DNA of 64,000 nt from an uncultured Clostridia bacterium (GCA_944383355.1 CALWPF010000001.1:28357-92356); one strand, 5' to 3'; positions 9,707 to 20,411 are shown, counted from the stretch's first letter. Translations and numbers: made by a program. Notes: a model not told the origin generated them from the letters alone.

Positions 9707-11065
9707 TCATTCCCAATTTTGTGTAGTATACTCTACAATTAATGGGTGCTTTGTATCCTGAGTCACTCTCAATTTTTCACTAATATCTACTCCAGCCACC
9801 AACAGAATATCACTGCCGTCTGCCAATACTGGCGTATAGTCACGCATACGAGCGGGAACTTTTTTGTCAATCAAATATGCTTTTAATTTTTTTGTACCGC
9901 CACCAAATTTAGTGATGACATCTCCCTCTTTACGCATACGCCACACTGCAGTGCTTGGTACCTTGTCACCATCAATCAATAGTCCACCCAACACTGGTTC
10001 ATTTAACTTACCTTTTTTTACACGTATTTTGCCAAAATCTTCGATTTTTGTCACGCCTCGTTTAAATTCCCATTGTGTATTAACTACTAGTTTTGGTTTT
10101 TTACGTGCAATTGTCAAATACTCATACTCTTTGTATACAGTGACTTCATGAGGCAAATCCAACCTAGCCCCTGTATCAGCATTTTTTACTAGATTAATAA
10201 CTAAGTCAATATGTTTGTGCTCAATATCATTATGAACACCTATATCACCAAGGCAATCATATAGCATTCGACTAACTAATGACCTGTCATACACAAAATA
10301 TGTAAGAGGAATCTTTACTAAACGCTCTTTGCGCAAAATACCTGTAAAATTCATCATCTTGCGGATATATCCATCATCTTCCCTACAGGTCAATCCAAAA
10401 TTAGCTAGACTCTCATCTACATTAGGCCAAACCAAACGCAACTCAGGCAACACTTTGTTGCGTAAGATGTTGCGACTAAATAAATTCATTTGATTAGTCT
10501 CATCTTCTACATATGGTATATCATTTTCGTACACATAAGCCATAATCTCTGACTTTTTTGTATCCAAGAATGGTCGCACATAGAATCCATCACGCACAAA
10601 GTTCATACCACTGGCTCCGCTGAGTCCAGAACCTCGCAAAATATGTAATAAAATAGTTTCGGCTTGGTCACTTTGGTGATGTGCTATAGCCACAACATCA
10701 ACTATACCTCTATCACGCAACCCTTCAAAAATTCCATATCTACCCTCACGACACGCCTCCTCCATAGTCAACCCTCTATTACGAGCAATACGGGTAGCCT
10801 CTATCTTAAACTTGTGAAATCTAATGCGATGCTCTTTACAATAATCCTCCACAAAAGCTTGGTCTCGGTCATCATTAACTCTAGTAGTATGGTTGACATG
10901 AATAGCAATTATCTCAATATCTAACTTGTCCTTGTTTTCATTCAAAAAATGCAACAAAGCCATCGAGTCAGAACCACCACTAACTGCTACTCCTACTACA
11001 CAACCAGGTTTAAACATCTCGTATTTTTTGATAGCATCAAATGCTTTTTGCATATTTATATCCAC
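9707..11065 (-). CDS. tilS: tRNA(Ile)-lysidine synthase
   Basis: PP-loop motif VAVSGGSDSMALLH, with a TilS substrate-binding region and C-terminal domain. Confidence 0.9.
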   Translation of the reverse strand: MDINMQKAFDAIKKYEMFKPGCVVGVAVSGGSDSMALLHFLNENKDKLDIEIIAIHVNHTTRVNDDRDQAFVEDYCKEHRIRFHKFKIEATRIARNRGLTMEEACREGRYGIFEGLRDRGIVDVVAIAHHQSDQAETILLHILRGSGLSGASGMNFVRDGFYVRPFLDTKKSEIMAYVYENDIPYVEDETNQMNLFSRNILRNKVLPELRLVWPNVDESLANFGLTCREDDGYIRKMMNFTGILRKERLVKIPLTYFVYDRSLVSRMLYDCLGDIGVHNDIEHKHIDLVINLVKNADTGARLDLPHEVTVYKEYEYLTIARKKPKLVVNTQWEFKRGVTKIEDFGKIRVKKGKLNEPVLGGLLIDGDKVPSTAVWRMRKEGDVITKFGGGTKKLKAYLIDKKVPARMRDYTPVLADGSDILLVAGVDISEKLRVTQDTKHPLIVEYTTQNWE

Positions 11066-11097
11066 CTTTTATTTGATATCAAAAGTGCATAATACTG

Positions 11098-11149
11098 TGC
11101 ATAGTACACTATAAACAGGCACAATTCCAAGTCTCCAAGGTACTATGCA
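11098..11149. repeat. Intergenic inverted repeat, family TGCATAGTAC (site A)
   Basis: TGCATAGTAC at 11098..11107 pairs with GTACTATGCA at 11140..11149. The outer arms AAAAGTGC.../...GCACTTTT extend the pairing over 11081..11160. It lies just downstream of spoIIE. Confidence 0.6.
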
Positions 11150-11217
11150 GTAGTGCTTTTTATTTTATACAATTATTATATCAAAATAATGGGAATATTA
11201 CAATAGTTAATCAAAAA

Positions 11218-13506
11218 TTATTTTTTATATATTCTACCTACCAAAACTGTCATATCATCATTAGGTGCAAATTTATATATTTTCAACCCTTCATTGAGTA
11301 TGGCATCTGCTAACACTTGTGGATTAGATGTCTCACACGATTGGATAAACTCGCATAAAATGTTCTCATCGCCAAAAGCATCTAAAACACCATCTGTCAA
11401 AAATACTACCATATCTCCATTAATTAGCACTCTAGCACTAGTACTAGGTTTGAGTTCATCAAGTATACCCAGAGGTAATGCCCCAGCTGGAACAAGCTCA
11501 GTCATATTAGGTTGCTTTACAAAACTACACGGCGAGCCAACTTTGTACATATCACAATTACCATTAACCAAATCTATTACCGCTATGTCAATTGCATTAA
11601 AGCTCTCATCTCCACTGGTACTCATTAATTTGTTCACACAATTTAGTATTACATCACTGTCAAATCCTGCTTGATAAAAATTCTCTATCAGCGATATTGC
11701 CATACTACTGTTACGCTCCGCATCTGCTCCACTACCCATACCATCACATAGAGCCATCAGATATTTGTCCGCACCTATTCGCATTATCGAATGAGTATCT
11801 CCTGACTCAATACTACCATTCTTTTTTGCCCCAGCACAACCAAAAACCATATCATAGGCATTAGCAATCTGCAAAGATATTACACTAAAATTAGTTTTTT
11901 TACTTGGCTCTATTTTGGCTACCTGTACAGGCTGAGCCAAAACATCACCAACAACGCCTACAATTTCATCTTTTTGAATATCTTTGTTGCGTACCACAAT
12001 ACTAGCAAAGTAGCTAGACCTGTGCGACTTGTACACAACCGCCTCAATACACAAAATATTATGATAACCGAGCATTTCAATAATTTGTCGCTCCAATATG
12101 CTGTCAAACTCTATCCTGCTAGCTACTGACTCCGCCAAATTGGACATTACTTGCGATACACCAAATAATTGCTCCGCTATAACCAATTTACTAATGTTTT
12201 GACTATCTTGATTGTTTTTCCTTTCTTTGTACTCTAAGACCTGCTTATTCACCTCATTCAACACTGCCCCCAATCTACCGCACCTACAAGACAAACTCGC
12301 TGGCACATCAATAATATTGACTTTGCCTCTATTAATAGCAAAATTAGTAATACTGCCTAATGCATAATCTGTTTCTTCATCAAAAGTACGCAAACAACTA
12401 GATTTGTTTGGACAACTATTACACACGTTTCTTTTTACTTCACTAGTAACTATTGTTTTAATTTGCTCACCCGTGATGCTTTGTTTTGTCATTTTACAAA
12501 AAGCTGTTTGCATTTCTCTAAAAACCAAACTAAGATTTTGCAAACGTTTATACAAACTATCTCTCTCTTTATTCAGTAGATTGGACATTGCATTGTTTTC
12601 CTTGTCTGTTATTATTATATTTGATAAGTCTTGCAATACCCCACTAGGTACAACCAAAAACAATAATGCACCTATCAGCACAGCACCTAGATTAATGAAA
12701 CTAAATGTTGGGAAAAAATATATCTCCATCAAGGCATCTACAAGTATCAATGCCATAACAGAATAAATTCGTTTGTTGCTGTGCATAGCACTAGCCATCA
12801 TTGCCCAACAAGCAAAAAGTGCTATATAAATAAGACTGTTGGTAGCAAAGGCGACTCCCAATCCACTAATTATTCCCAAAACAACCGAAGTACCTGCACC
12901 AAAGCACCACAATCCTAATAACACCAACAAAGCCACTACAGTACTTACTGCATACTCGCCAATAAATGGTAAATTGTATATACCATTGATAAGTGCCAAC
13001 AAGAATACTCCGCCTGTTATAGCCTCAGTAACTTGGAATCGTCTACGAACTCCACGCATCAATAAGTTTTGGAAAAAATGTATATAAGCAAGCATTGCAA
13101 GTATGCCCAATATAAGAGTCAAGACAGCACTCAATACATTACCGTCTATAGTAATTATGTAATAAATATTTACAAACTGCCCTAGTATGGCATATAGGCT
13201 GATGAGTAAGACATTGAATGGTCGCTTGAATCTATAGTGAAATATATAGGCTATACACAATACTCCTACAGTACACAAGCTAGAGAAAATACTCACCCAA
13301 TCCCCAAAGCATAAGAAACTAGCGAGTATATAAAGAGGTGCTAATATATAAATTTTTTGATTACACCACACTAAACAAAAAAACAACCCAAACATAAATG
13401 GGTGTAATCCCTCTATATTAGCACAACCTAACACATAAAAAGCAACAAAAAAACACAGATATTTTATTAATACATAAAAGTTGTATTGCTTGTTTTGATT
13501 AGTCAT
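11218..13506 (-). CDS. spoIIE: Stage II sporulation protein E (membrane PP2C phosphatase)
   Basis: About 10 N-terminal TM helices and a C-terminal PP2C domain (LCDGMGSGADAERNS, FLTDGVLDAF). Adjacency to tilS matches Bacillus. The ATG at 13506 is preferred. Confidence 0.88.
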   Translation of the reverse strand: MTNQNKQYNFYVLIKYLCFFVAFYVLGCANIEGLHPFMFGLFFCLVWCNQKIYILAPLYILASFLCFGDWVSIFSSLCTVGVLCIAYIFHYRFKRPFNVLLISLYAILGQFVNIYYIITIDGNVLSAVLTLILGILAMLAYIHFFQNLLMRGVRRRFQVTEAITGGVFLLALINGIYNLPFIGEYAVSTVVALLVLLGLWCFGAGTSVVLGIISGLGVAFATNSLIYIALFACWAMMASAMHSNKRIYSVMALILVDALMEIYFFPTFSFINLGAVLIGALLFLVVPSGVLQDLSNIIITDKENNAMSNLLNKERDSLYKRLQNLSLVFREMQTAFCKMTKQSITGEQIKTIVTSEVKRNVCNSCPNKSSCLRTFDEETDYALGSITNFAINRGKVNIIDVPASLSCRCGRLGAVLNEVNKQVLEYKERKNNQDSQNISKLVIAEQLFGVSQVMSNLAESVASRIEFDSILERQIIEMLGYHNILCIEAVVYKSHRSSYFASIVVRNKDIQKDEIVGVVGDVLAQPVQVAKIEPSKKTNFSVISLQIANAYDMVFGCAGAKKNGSIESGDTHSIMRIGADKYLMALCDGMGSGADAERNSSMAISLIENFYQAGFDSDVILNCVNKLMSTSGDESFNAIDIAVIDLVNGNCDMYKVGSPCSFVKQPNMTELVPAGALPLGILDELKPSTSARVLINGDMVVFLTDGVLDAFGDENILCEFIQSCETSNPQVLADAILNEGLKIYKFAPNDDMTVLVGRIYKK

Positions 13507-13626
13507 ATTACACCACCTAATACGATTATACAAATGCGCATCAGTTTAACTCATCAAAATATTTGTAAATTATACGTATAAACTAAATAATTTTGTAGAA
13601 AAAAACACAAAAATAAATAAATGCTT

Positions 13627-13655
13627 TTGCCTTTCATTTGCTTTTGTAGTATAAT
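13627..13655 (+). promoter_or_regulatory. Sigma-A-type promoter for the SDR/MBL gene pair
   Basis: TTGCCT, a 17-nt spacer, then TATAAT, about 28 nt upstream of the ATG at 13683. GGAGAG serves as the SD. Confidence 0.5.
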
Positions 13656-13682
13656 ATACTCAAAGATTGTTGGAGAGTTTTT

Positions 13683-14474
13683 ATGCAAAAAGTTGTAGCA
13701 ATTACTGGTGCATCTAGCGGTATAGGTCTAGCCATTGCTGAGGAACTGATAAAAAATGGGTACATCGTTTATTCATTATCTAGATCTGCCCCTAACAATA
13801 CCGATATCCGTCATATAGTCTGCGATGTGAGTCAGAGAGATAGTATCGCTAACGCATACAAAGTAATAAATGAGGCAGAGGGACATATTGATGTAGTCAT
13901 CAATAATGCAGGTATGGGTATCAGTGGTCCTGTGGAATATGAGCCTGTAGAGGACATAGAGAGGATAATATCTATTAACCTACTAGGCGTTATTAATAGT
14001 TGCGCTGAGGCACTACCATATATACGAGCAACAAAAGGCAATATTATAAATATTGGCTCACTTGCTGGCGAATTTGGAATACCTTTTCAGGCTCTATATT
14101 CAACAACAAAGGCTGGAGTATGCGCATTTAGTCTAGCTTTGCAAAATGAGGTAAAGCCTCTTGGCGTCAAGGTAACTTGCTTGATGCCTGGCGATATCAA
14201 GACCAACTTTACAGCAAATAGAGTAAAGGCAGAGATTCCAGATGACCCAGTATATGGAGATAGAGTGAGGCGTAGCGTACAACGCATGGAAAAAGATGAG
14301 CAAAATGGTATGCCACCGTCCTCCATTGCAAAGGCGATACGAAAATTGTTGCAACAAAAACGCCCACCACTCTGCTTGACTGTGGGATTTTCATACAAAA
14401 CTCTGCGTAGTCTAAAACGTTTAGTGTCTACTAAAACATTAAATAAAATATTATATGGCATGTATGGCAAATAA
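13683..14474 (+). CDS. Short-chain dehydrogenase/reductase (SDR) family oxidoreductase
   Basis: TGASSGIG cofactor motif and the catalytic YSTTK (YxxxK) motif. Confidence 0.85.
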   Translation: MQKVVAITGASSGIGLAIAEELIKNGYIVYSLSRSAPNNTDIRHIVCDVSQRDSIANAYKVINEAEGHIDVVINNAGMGISGPVEYEPVEDIERIISINLLGVINSCAEALPYIRATKGNIINIGSLAGEFGIPFQALYSTTKAGVCAFSLALQNEVKPLGVKVTCLMPGDIKTNFTANRVKAEIPDDPVYGDRVRRSVQRMEKDEQNGMPPSSIAKAIRKLLQQKRPPLCLTVGFSYKTLRSLKRLVSTKTLNKILYGMYGK

Positions 14475-14482
14475 GAGGGATT

Positions 14483-15277
14483 ATGCGTATCTGTGTATTG
14501 GCTAGTGGTAGCAAGGGAAATGCTACATATATCGAAGGAGACAACACCCGCATCTTGATAGATGCGGGTATTAGTTGTAGTGAAATAGAAAACAGGCTAA
14601 TGCAAATTGGAGTCAATCCCAGTTTAATTAATTCTATTCTCATTACACACGAGCATTCTGACCATATCAATGGCTTATCAAAATTTGCAGTAAAATACAA
14701 TACCAAGGTATATACGCACAGAGACACGTGGCTAACTATGGACAGTAAAATGAGTAAATTAAAAGAGAATCAAAAAATAGATATATATGGTAACGATTTT
14801 TGTATAAATGAATTAAATATATCTTGTTTTGACTTGGATCATGACGCTGCCCACTGCCTTGGATATTCAGTAAGTTGCAGAGATAGCAAAGTTAGTATTG
14901 CAACAGATTTGGGACACACCACGCCAGAGATTATACGACATTTGATGGATAGTAGCTTAATCGTTTTTGAATCAAACCATGATATACAAACATTACTACA
15001 CAACCCCAACTACCCTCTTAGATTAAAAAATAGAATATTATCCAACAATGGACATCTTAGCAATGATGCGACAAGCGATGCTGTTGCTCAAATGCTTGGG
15101 TATGGCGTACGTGCAGTAATATTAGCACACCTAAGCGAGCAAAACAACACCCCACAAAAAGCGCTCCAGACCATGCAACAACGACTACTACAGGAAGGAG
15201 CAGATTGGGCAAAAGAAATCTACCTAGATGTCGGCAAACAACATAAAATAGGCAATATTTATAAAATAAAAGAATAA
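14483..15277 (+). CDS. MBL-fold metallo-hydrolase (YycJ-like)
   Basis: HEHSDH metal-binding motif in a 264-aa protein. Confidence 0.85.
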   Translation: MRICVLASGSKGNATYIEGDNTRILIDAGISCSEIENRLMQIGVNPSLINSILITHEHSDHINGLSKFAVKYNTKVYTHRDTWLTMDSKMSKLKENQKIDIYGNDFCINELNISCFDLDHDAAHCLGYSVSCRDSKVSIATDLGHTTPEIIRHLMDSSLIVFESNHDIQTLLHNPNYPLRLKNRILSNNGHLSNDATSDAVAQMLGYGVRAVILAHLSEQNNTPQKALQTMQQRLLQEGADWAKEIYLDVGKQHKIGNIYKIKE

Positions 15278-15336
15278 AAACTAATACCTCACACAAGATA
15301 TAAATATCAAAAAACTTCTTGAGAGGTATTTTTATT

Positions 15337-15819
15337 ATGGCTACAAAAAATTCTAAAACAACAAGCAAAAAATCTTCCACAAGGTCTGGTACCAGAACCA
15401 CTCAATCAAAAACCAACAATACAGAGAAAAAAGGCGGTACTACTGCTACTGCCGTACGAAAGCCACTGGTTAGCACTGGTAAAAAAATCGCACTGGCCGT
15501 ATATTTCACTTTTGTAGGAACTCTAATGGGAGTGTTGGGACTACAAATTTGGATGAATAGTATGGATAGTAATAGTCAGTTGGAGACTAACCCCACATAT
15601 CAGGAAACAACCCAAACTACAGAGCAACCAAACAAAGAAACCTCATATGTAGAACAATCAAATATGAACGAATATTCATCTGATGCCCCTACAAATGACT
15701 TAAGTAATTATTCAAATTATTACAACAACTCTGGGTATAATAATGCCACTACAATATCAGACACAAATTTAACAGAGTCAAATAAAAGTTATTCTAACAT
15801 AGATAGTTATCAATCTTAA
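15337..15819 (+). CDS. Hypothetical single-TM protein with a low-complexity Asn/Ser/Thr-rich ectodomain
   Basis: The ATG at 15337 is preferred over the TTG at 15319. Basic N-terminus, one TM helix and a terminator downstream. Confidence 0.5.
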   Translation: MATKNSKTTSKKSSTRSGTRTTQSKTNNTEKKGGTTATAVRKPLVSTGKKIALAVYFTFVGTLMGVLGLQIWMNSMDSNSQLETNPTYQETTQTTEQPNKETSYVEQSNMNEYSSDAPTNDLSNYSNYYNNSGYNNATTISDTNLTESNKSYSNIDSYQS

Positions 15820-15931
15820 AAAAATATAAATATTTATAATTGTGTTACCTTTTGGTGACTTAAGAACTTAAATCAATACATCAATCGTGAATCATAAAAA
15901 TAGTGTAAAAAATTTTGAAACTAGCAAAATA

Positions 15932-15969
15932 AAAGATAGTAGGAATAAATATAAACCACTATCTTTTTT
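15932..15969 (+). terminator. Rho-independent terminator
   Basis: 9-bp stem AAAGATAGT/ACTATCTTT followed by TTTT. Confidence 0.5.
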
Positions 15970-16067
15970 ATTAGCTAAACTAATGGAATAACACACGATT
16001 CCTTGTATGCAATAGAATAATTAATTATCAAAATGAATCAAACTATGCGCAAAAAGGAAGAATCTAA

Positions 16068-16099
16068 TACTATGCACCAAATACTAGGAGTGCATAGTA
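16068..16099. repeat. Intergenic inverted repeat, family TGCATAGTAC (site B)
   Basis: TACTATGCAC at 16068..16077 pairs with GTGCATAGTA at 16090..16099 (10-bp perfect stem, 12-nt loop). It lies in the 500-bp gap between convergent genes. Confidence 0.6.
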
Positions 16100-16265
16100 C
16101 TATAATATAAATCGACTTATATCTAACCTATTTTGCGTTATTATAATCTCTTAATTCAGCAACAATGAATTATGCCTTATATACTACTCTCTGCAAAAAT
16201 TTATTTGCCTCTGGTATTACAATCTAATTAATAATACATTTTAAGATATACAATTACACAAATAT

Positions 16266-16301
16266 ACAAAAAATAAAGAGTGAGTATAATGCTCACTCTT
16301 T
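16266..16301 (-). terminator. Rho-independent terminator of the GLUG surface-protein gene
   Basis: 10-bp perfect stem AAAGAGTGAG/CTCACTCTTT, followed on the minus strand by ATTTTTT. Confidence 0.7.
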
Positions 16302-16317
16302 ATTTACTAATGCTATA

Positions 16318-19224
16318 CTAAGCTACTCCGATTAATGTAGGATAATTCTCTCCATCACATGCCCAGTATGAAGTATTAAATCCACGATTTGTAAATGTAC
16401 TTGTCTTCTTACAATCGTCTGTACTGAATAATCCGTCATCTGAGCTACCGTATGTTACCCATAGCCATTTAGCTGGCTCACGACGTGTGGCATTGCCACA
16501 GACATCTCTATCAATTACACAGTTTACAACGAATCCAGCTACTTTGTCGTTATCATTTGGAGAGCTCAATAAGTAATCCCATACATCGGCATGATACAAC
16601 CTTACCTCACTCTCAGTCTCATAGTATGCCCTACCACTTGATGTATCAAAGCGTACTGCTACAAAGCAATTCCTAACTGTAGCGTAGTTACCACCATTCT
16701 TCTCGATAGTGGTTGACATACCAGCCATGATACTACCAGATAGGTTCATCAATGTGTAACTATTAGCAATCTCACCTACTGTCATCTGACCAGCTAGACC
16801 ACCTACCCTAGAACCAGTAATAGTACCAGAGCCAGCATAACTACGTTCTACTGCTACCACAGCAGATGTTGCGGCAGATAATTTACCAACCAAACCACCA
16901 GCAACATAAGCAGATATATCTCCAGCAAAACTACTCATAGTGACTTTTGCATTACCACTCACTAGACCTGCAATACCACCTGCGATATTGTCATTTGAGT
17001 TAGGTAAATTTACATTTGCTCTTACTACAGAATTAGCAATCCTATTAGTATTAACACCAGCAATACCACCTGCATTGTAAGTGCCGCCTGTACCGTTAGT
17101 ACCAGCAATTGTACCAGTGAATCCACTACTATTAATTGTGTTGTCGTTTACTCCTGTGATACCACCAACATAAATATTAAATCCATTTGTCGTAGTAGCA
17201 ATATCCAAAGAGTTGTTACTATTACTTACCGTTCCTTTGTTGTAACCTACAATACCACCAATATAACTTTCAGCATTTGCTGTACGGGTTATACCTACAT
17301 ATCCACCAGTAGACTTGGTCACACTACAACTATCTATAATACCCTCAGAGTATCCAGCAATACCACCGATGTATGTACCACTGGTAATGTTAACTCCTAC
17401 TATCTCAACTCCTACTATCTCAGCAGTGCTAGATACATATCCAAATAGTCCAGCGTAGGTATAGTCACCACTAATCCTCAAGTTATAAATCTTGTAATTG
17501 GTCTCACCATTATTTGATACATTGAATGTACCAGTAAATGGATTGTCTTTTGTACCAATAGGTTGCCACTCACCAGTAAGTGTTATATCAGCCATCAGTA
17601 TATAATCTCCGTCTAGATCCCAAGTACCGTCAGCCAAGTAGCGCAAATCGGTTTCTGTCCAAATTTCACCATTCACATTTTGCTCTACATCATAAATCCT
17701 ATCAGGTACAGCCACACCGCCATCAGGACTAGATGCCAATACTGCTCTCAATGTAGGTAGCCCATCGTTCTCTGTACTGCTAATTTTCCAAACAGACGCA
17801 AAGTCCCATCTCACAGGAGTACGGTCTCCGCTATAAGTAATGTAGGCAAACTCAGTACTCTTCTCATTCATATTAGCAATCTCATTAACTTGCTCATCAG
17901 TAGGAACGCTCTTTAATTGCTCCATTGTAACAGCTGTAACAAAGTACTTATCATTGTTATCTGCTTGACCATAAATACCTGCAAAACCTTGACTACTATA
18001 ATAGTAGTTACCATAAATCCTGTTTTCACCTTGAGTATCTGTCAAAATGCTAGTACCATTTGGATTGGTGTTGCTATATACAATCATAGCCATACTATTT
18101 GATATAGGACTATCATTAATCTCTGATACTTGCATTGTACTATAACAGTTGATAACATATGACTTTTTGTATGAATCACTGCTCAATGATACTGATGTAG
18201 TACTATATGCTATACCACCCATCTTTGCAGAGCTATCTGTAGGATTAAATGTACCACGAGAGTAACTATTAATTATAGTACCTGCTATGTTGTTACTAGT
18301 AATACCACCTATGTTGTGTGCTCCACTCAATGTACCAACAAATGATACTCTATCCAATCTAGCTGGACTACCAGTCTCAGTACCGTTATTTGTACCAACT
18401 ATACCACCAATGTTGGTTGCATTTGATGTAATATTGGCATTCCTAACTGTACAGTATTGGATAGTACCCTTGTTGATACCCGCGATACTACCAGCAACTG
18501 TAGCCTCAGTCTCATCAATGGTAACAGTATCCAAAATAACATTCCTCACTACACCACCAGTACCAATCACAGAGAACAAACCAGCGTTTGCAATATTAGT
18601 AATATTCTCTGGATATCCCTCAGTAGCATCATCACTAGGAGTAGTAATTTTTAAGTTATAAATTGTGTATCCATTACCATCATAAGTACCTGTAAATTCA
18701 CCACTACCAGCACCGATAGGTTGCCATCTATTAGCATTCTTTACGCTGAGATCAATATCAGCAATTTGCTTGTAGTTAGCACCCAGACTATAACTACCTG
18801 TCATGCTCTCAGGTGGGTTACCAATGTATGACAAATCTTCATAATTACGGACAAAGTAAGGGTTCTCTGTGCTACCATCACCAATATTTACTGTACAAGT
18901 AGTACCGTCATATTGTCTATTGTTGGTAGACAAGATAATAGTAGCTATACCACCCTTGAGTGCCCTAAAAGTATACTCGTTTTCGTTGTTGCTAACCAAC
19001 TCCAACAGTTCCTCATCAGTCGTAGTCAACGCTACAGTAGTACCATTGTGTGCATCTTTGTGCTCTATAGATACCTTGAATGTCTCACCTGCATTGACAT
19101 TCACTATAGAATCACTAAGCTCAATAGTCTCACTGTTGCGCATCAAATAATAAACAGTCAAACCTAGAGAGACAGCAACGATTACGACTAGCAAGAATAT
19201 TAAAAACTTACCCATCCAATTCAT
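16318..19224 (-). CDS. Large cell-surface protein: N-terminal TM anchor, Ig-like (Big_2-like) domain and GLUG-motif repeats
   Basis: Many GGIAG/GGIVG/GGITG (GLUG) repeats. Two modules of the type NPY.I....DL..I......Y.L..DIDL....WQPIG...FTGT.DGNGY.I.NL occur. The ATG at 19224 has a GGAGAG SD and is preferred over the TTG at 19251. Confidence 0.75.
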   Translation of the reverse strand: MNWMGKFLIFLLVVIVAVSLGLTVYYLMRNSETIELSDSIVNVNAGETFKVSIEHKDAHNGTTVALTTTDEELLELVSNNENEYTFRALKGGIATIILSTNNRQYDGTTCTVNIGDGSTENPYFVRNYEDLSYIGNPPESMTGSYSLGANYKQIADIDLSVKNANRWQPIGAGSGEFTGTYDGNGYTIYNLKITTPSDDATEGYPENITNIANAGLFSVIGTGGVVRNVILDTVTIDETEATVAGSIAGINKGTIQYCTVRNANITSNATNIGGIVGTNNGTETGSPARLDRVSFVGTLSGAHNIGGITSNNIAGTIINSYSRGTFNPTDSSAKMGGIAYSTTSVSLSSDSYKKSYVINCYSTMQVSEINDSPISNSMAMIVYSNTNPNGTSILTDTQGENRIYGNYYYSSQGFAGIYGQADNNDKYFVTAVTMEQLKSVPTDEQVNEIANMNEKSTEFAYITYSGDRTPVRWDFASVWKISSTENDGLPTLRAVLASSPDGGVAVPDRIYDVEQNVNGEIWTETDLRYLADGTWDLDGDYILMADITLTGEWQPIGTKDNPFTGTFNVSNNGETNYKIYNLRISGDYTYAGLFGYVSSTAEIVGVEIVGVNITSGTYIGGIAGYSEGIIDSCSVTKSTGGYVGITRTANAESYIGGIVGYNKGTVSNSNNSLDIATTTNGFNIYVGGITGVNDNTINSSGFTGTIAGTNGTGGTYNAGGIAGVNTNRIANSVVRANVNLPNSNDNIAGGIAGLVSGNAKVTMSSFAGDISAYVAGGLVGKLSAATSAVVAVERSYAGSGTITGSRVGGLAGQMTVGEIANSYTLMNLSGSIMAGMSTTIEKNGGNYATVRNCFVAVRFDTSSGRAYYETESEVRLYHADVWDYLLSSPNDNDKVAGFVVNCVIDRDVCGNATRREPAKWLWVTYGSSDDGLFSTDDCKKTSTFTNRGFNTSYWACDGENYPTLIGVA

Positions 19225-19329
19225 AATAAACTCTCCTACCACAGTTTTCAAAAATTGTTAGTAATATTATACATTACACACGCCAAAAAGTCAATACCAA
19301 ATATTGATAAACTTATCTTATGCAAAATA

Positions 19330-19357
19330 ACAAAAAACACACTCTAATAAGTGTGTT
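19330..19357 (-). terminator. Rho-independent terminator after mazF
   Basis: 8-bp stem AACACACT/AGTGTGTT overlapping the mazF stop codon, followed on the minus strand by TTTTTTG. Confidence 0.6.
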
Positions 19358-19703
19358 AATGATAAAAACCTAGGCTTACCAAAATGGCTTTGTTTACAGA
19401 ATTTATAGTGAGCTCATCTAACTCTCCAATTTTTGAAATCAATCTAGTTTTGTCTATCGTCCGTATCTGCTCCAGTAAGACTACTGAGTCCTTTTCTAGG
19501 CCATATGTAGTAGCATCTAATTCTATATGTGTAGGCAATTTTGCTTTATTCAACTTGCTAGTAATTGCTGCCACTATTACAGTAGGGCTGTACTTGTTTC
19601 CTATGTCATTTTGAACTATTAATACAGGTCGAGTCCCACCCTGCTCGCTCCCCACCACGGGAGATAGATTGGCGTAATACAACTCACCACGCTTGATTTC
19701 CAC
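19356..19703 (-). CDS. mazF: MazF/EndoA (PemK family) mRNA interferase toxin
   Basis: [58 protein letters not shown] is near-identical in pattern to B. subtilis EndoA. I call the GTG at 19703, which has AAAGGAG 8 nt upstream and overlaps the upstream stop (TAGTG). Confidence 0.88.
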   Translation of the reverse strand: MEIKRGELYYANLSPVVGSEQGGTRPVLIVQNDIGNKYSPTVIVAAITSKLNKAKLPTHIELDATTYGLEKDSVVLLEQIRTIDKTRLISKIGELDELTINSVNKAILVSLGFYH

Positions 19704-19912
19704 TAGCCTTGCTCCTTTAACCAATTTTCATATTCTACAAGTGTTGCCAAATCACATTCATCGGGTAGTTGTAATTCACTCACTACCTGCTCTAACATTT
19801 GGAAACTATCTTGATATTCCTCTCTATCTATCAGTGTATGCTCAGTTGCATCAATATTGTTCTTAATCAACAACTCAAGTTGCTCTCTATACTCATCAAA
19901 TTCTTTTGACAT
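19703..19912 (-). CDS. Acidic 69-aa protein translationally coupled to mazF; candidate non-canonical antitoxin
   Basis: The position, 1-nt overlap and strong acidity fit an antitoxin. No RHH/AbrB-like N-terminal DNA-binding pattern is recognisable. Confidence 0.5.
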   Translation of the reverse strand: MSKEFDEYREQLELLIKNNIDATEHTLIDREEYQDSFQMLEQVVSELQLPDECDLATLVEYENWLKEQG

Positions 19913-20042
19913 TATAATTTATCCCCTTAAAAATACTTTTAATACAAAAAAATAAAATATAGCCACAATTTTTATCTTGTGACTATATTTTGTAATTTAA
20001 AAAATTTTATCCACGCATAAATTGTCAAATAATAAACAAAAG

Positions 20043-20411
20043 TCAATTTAACACACATACTGCCATGGCATAATCCCCATCATGTGTAATGCTCAACTGT
20101 ATCTCTGTGTATTCTTGCTCAAATATTTCCTTTGCTATCCCATGCAATAAAACCATAGGCACATTATTGGGTCCACCAACAATCTCAATATCACTAAATT
20201 TAACACCAAATCCGATACCAGTACCCAGTGCTTTGGCTACAGCCTCCTTGCCACAAAATTTACCCGCCATACGCTCTATCAATCTATCAATTGCTCCAAG
20301 TGATAATATATGGCTACGTTCATTTTGAGTAAATATCCTATTAGGTATACCTTTGCGTTGATACAACCTAGCAATCCTATCCAATAATACCATATCAGTC
20401 CCAACTTTCAT
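20043..20411 (-). CDS. acpS: Holo-[acyl-carrier-protein] synthase
   Basis: ~122 aa with MKVGTDMV...RI and KEAVAKALGTG motifs. The acpS-to-mazF synteny matches B. subtilis. Confidence 0.8.
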   Translation of the reverse strand: MKVGTDMVLLDRIARLYQRKGIPNRIFTQNERSHILSLGAIDRLIERMAGKFCGKEAVAKALGTGIGFGVKFSDIEIVGGPNNVPMVLLHGIAKEIFEQEYTEIQLSITHDGDYAMAVCVLN

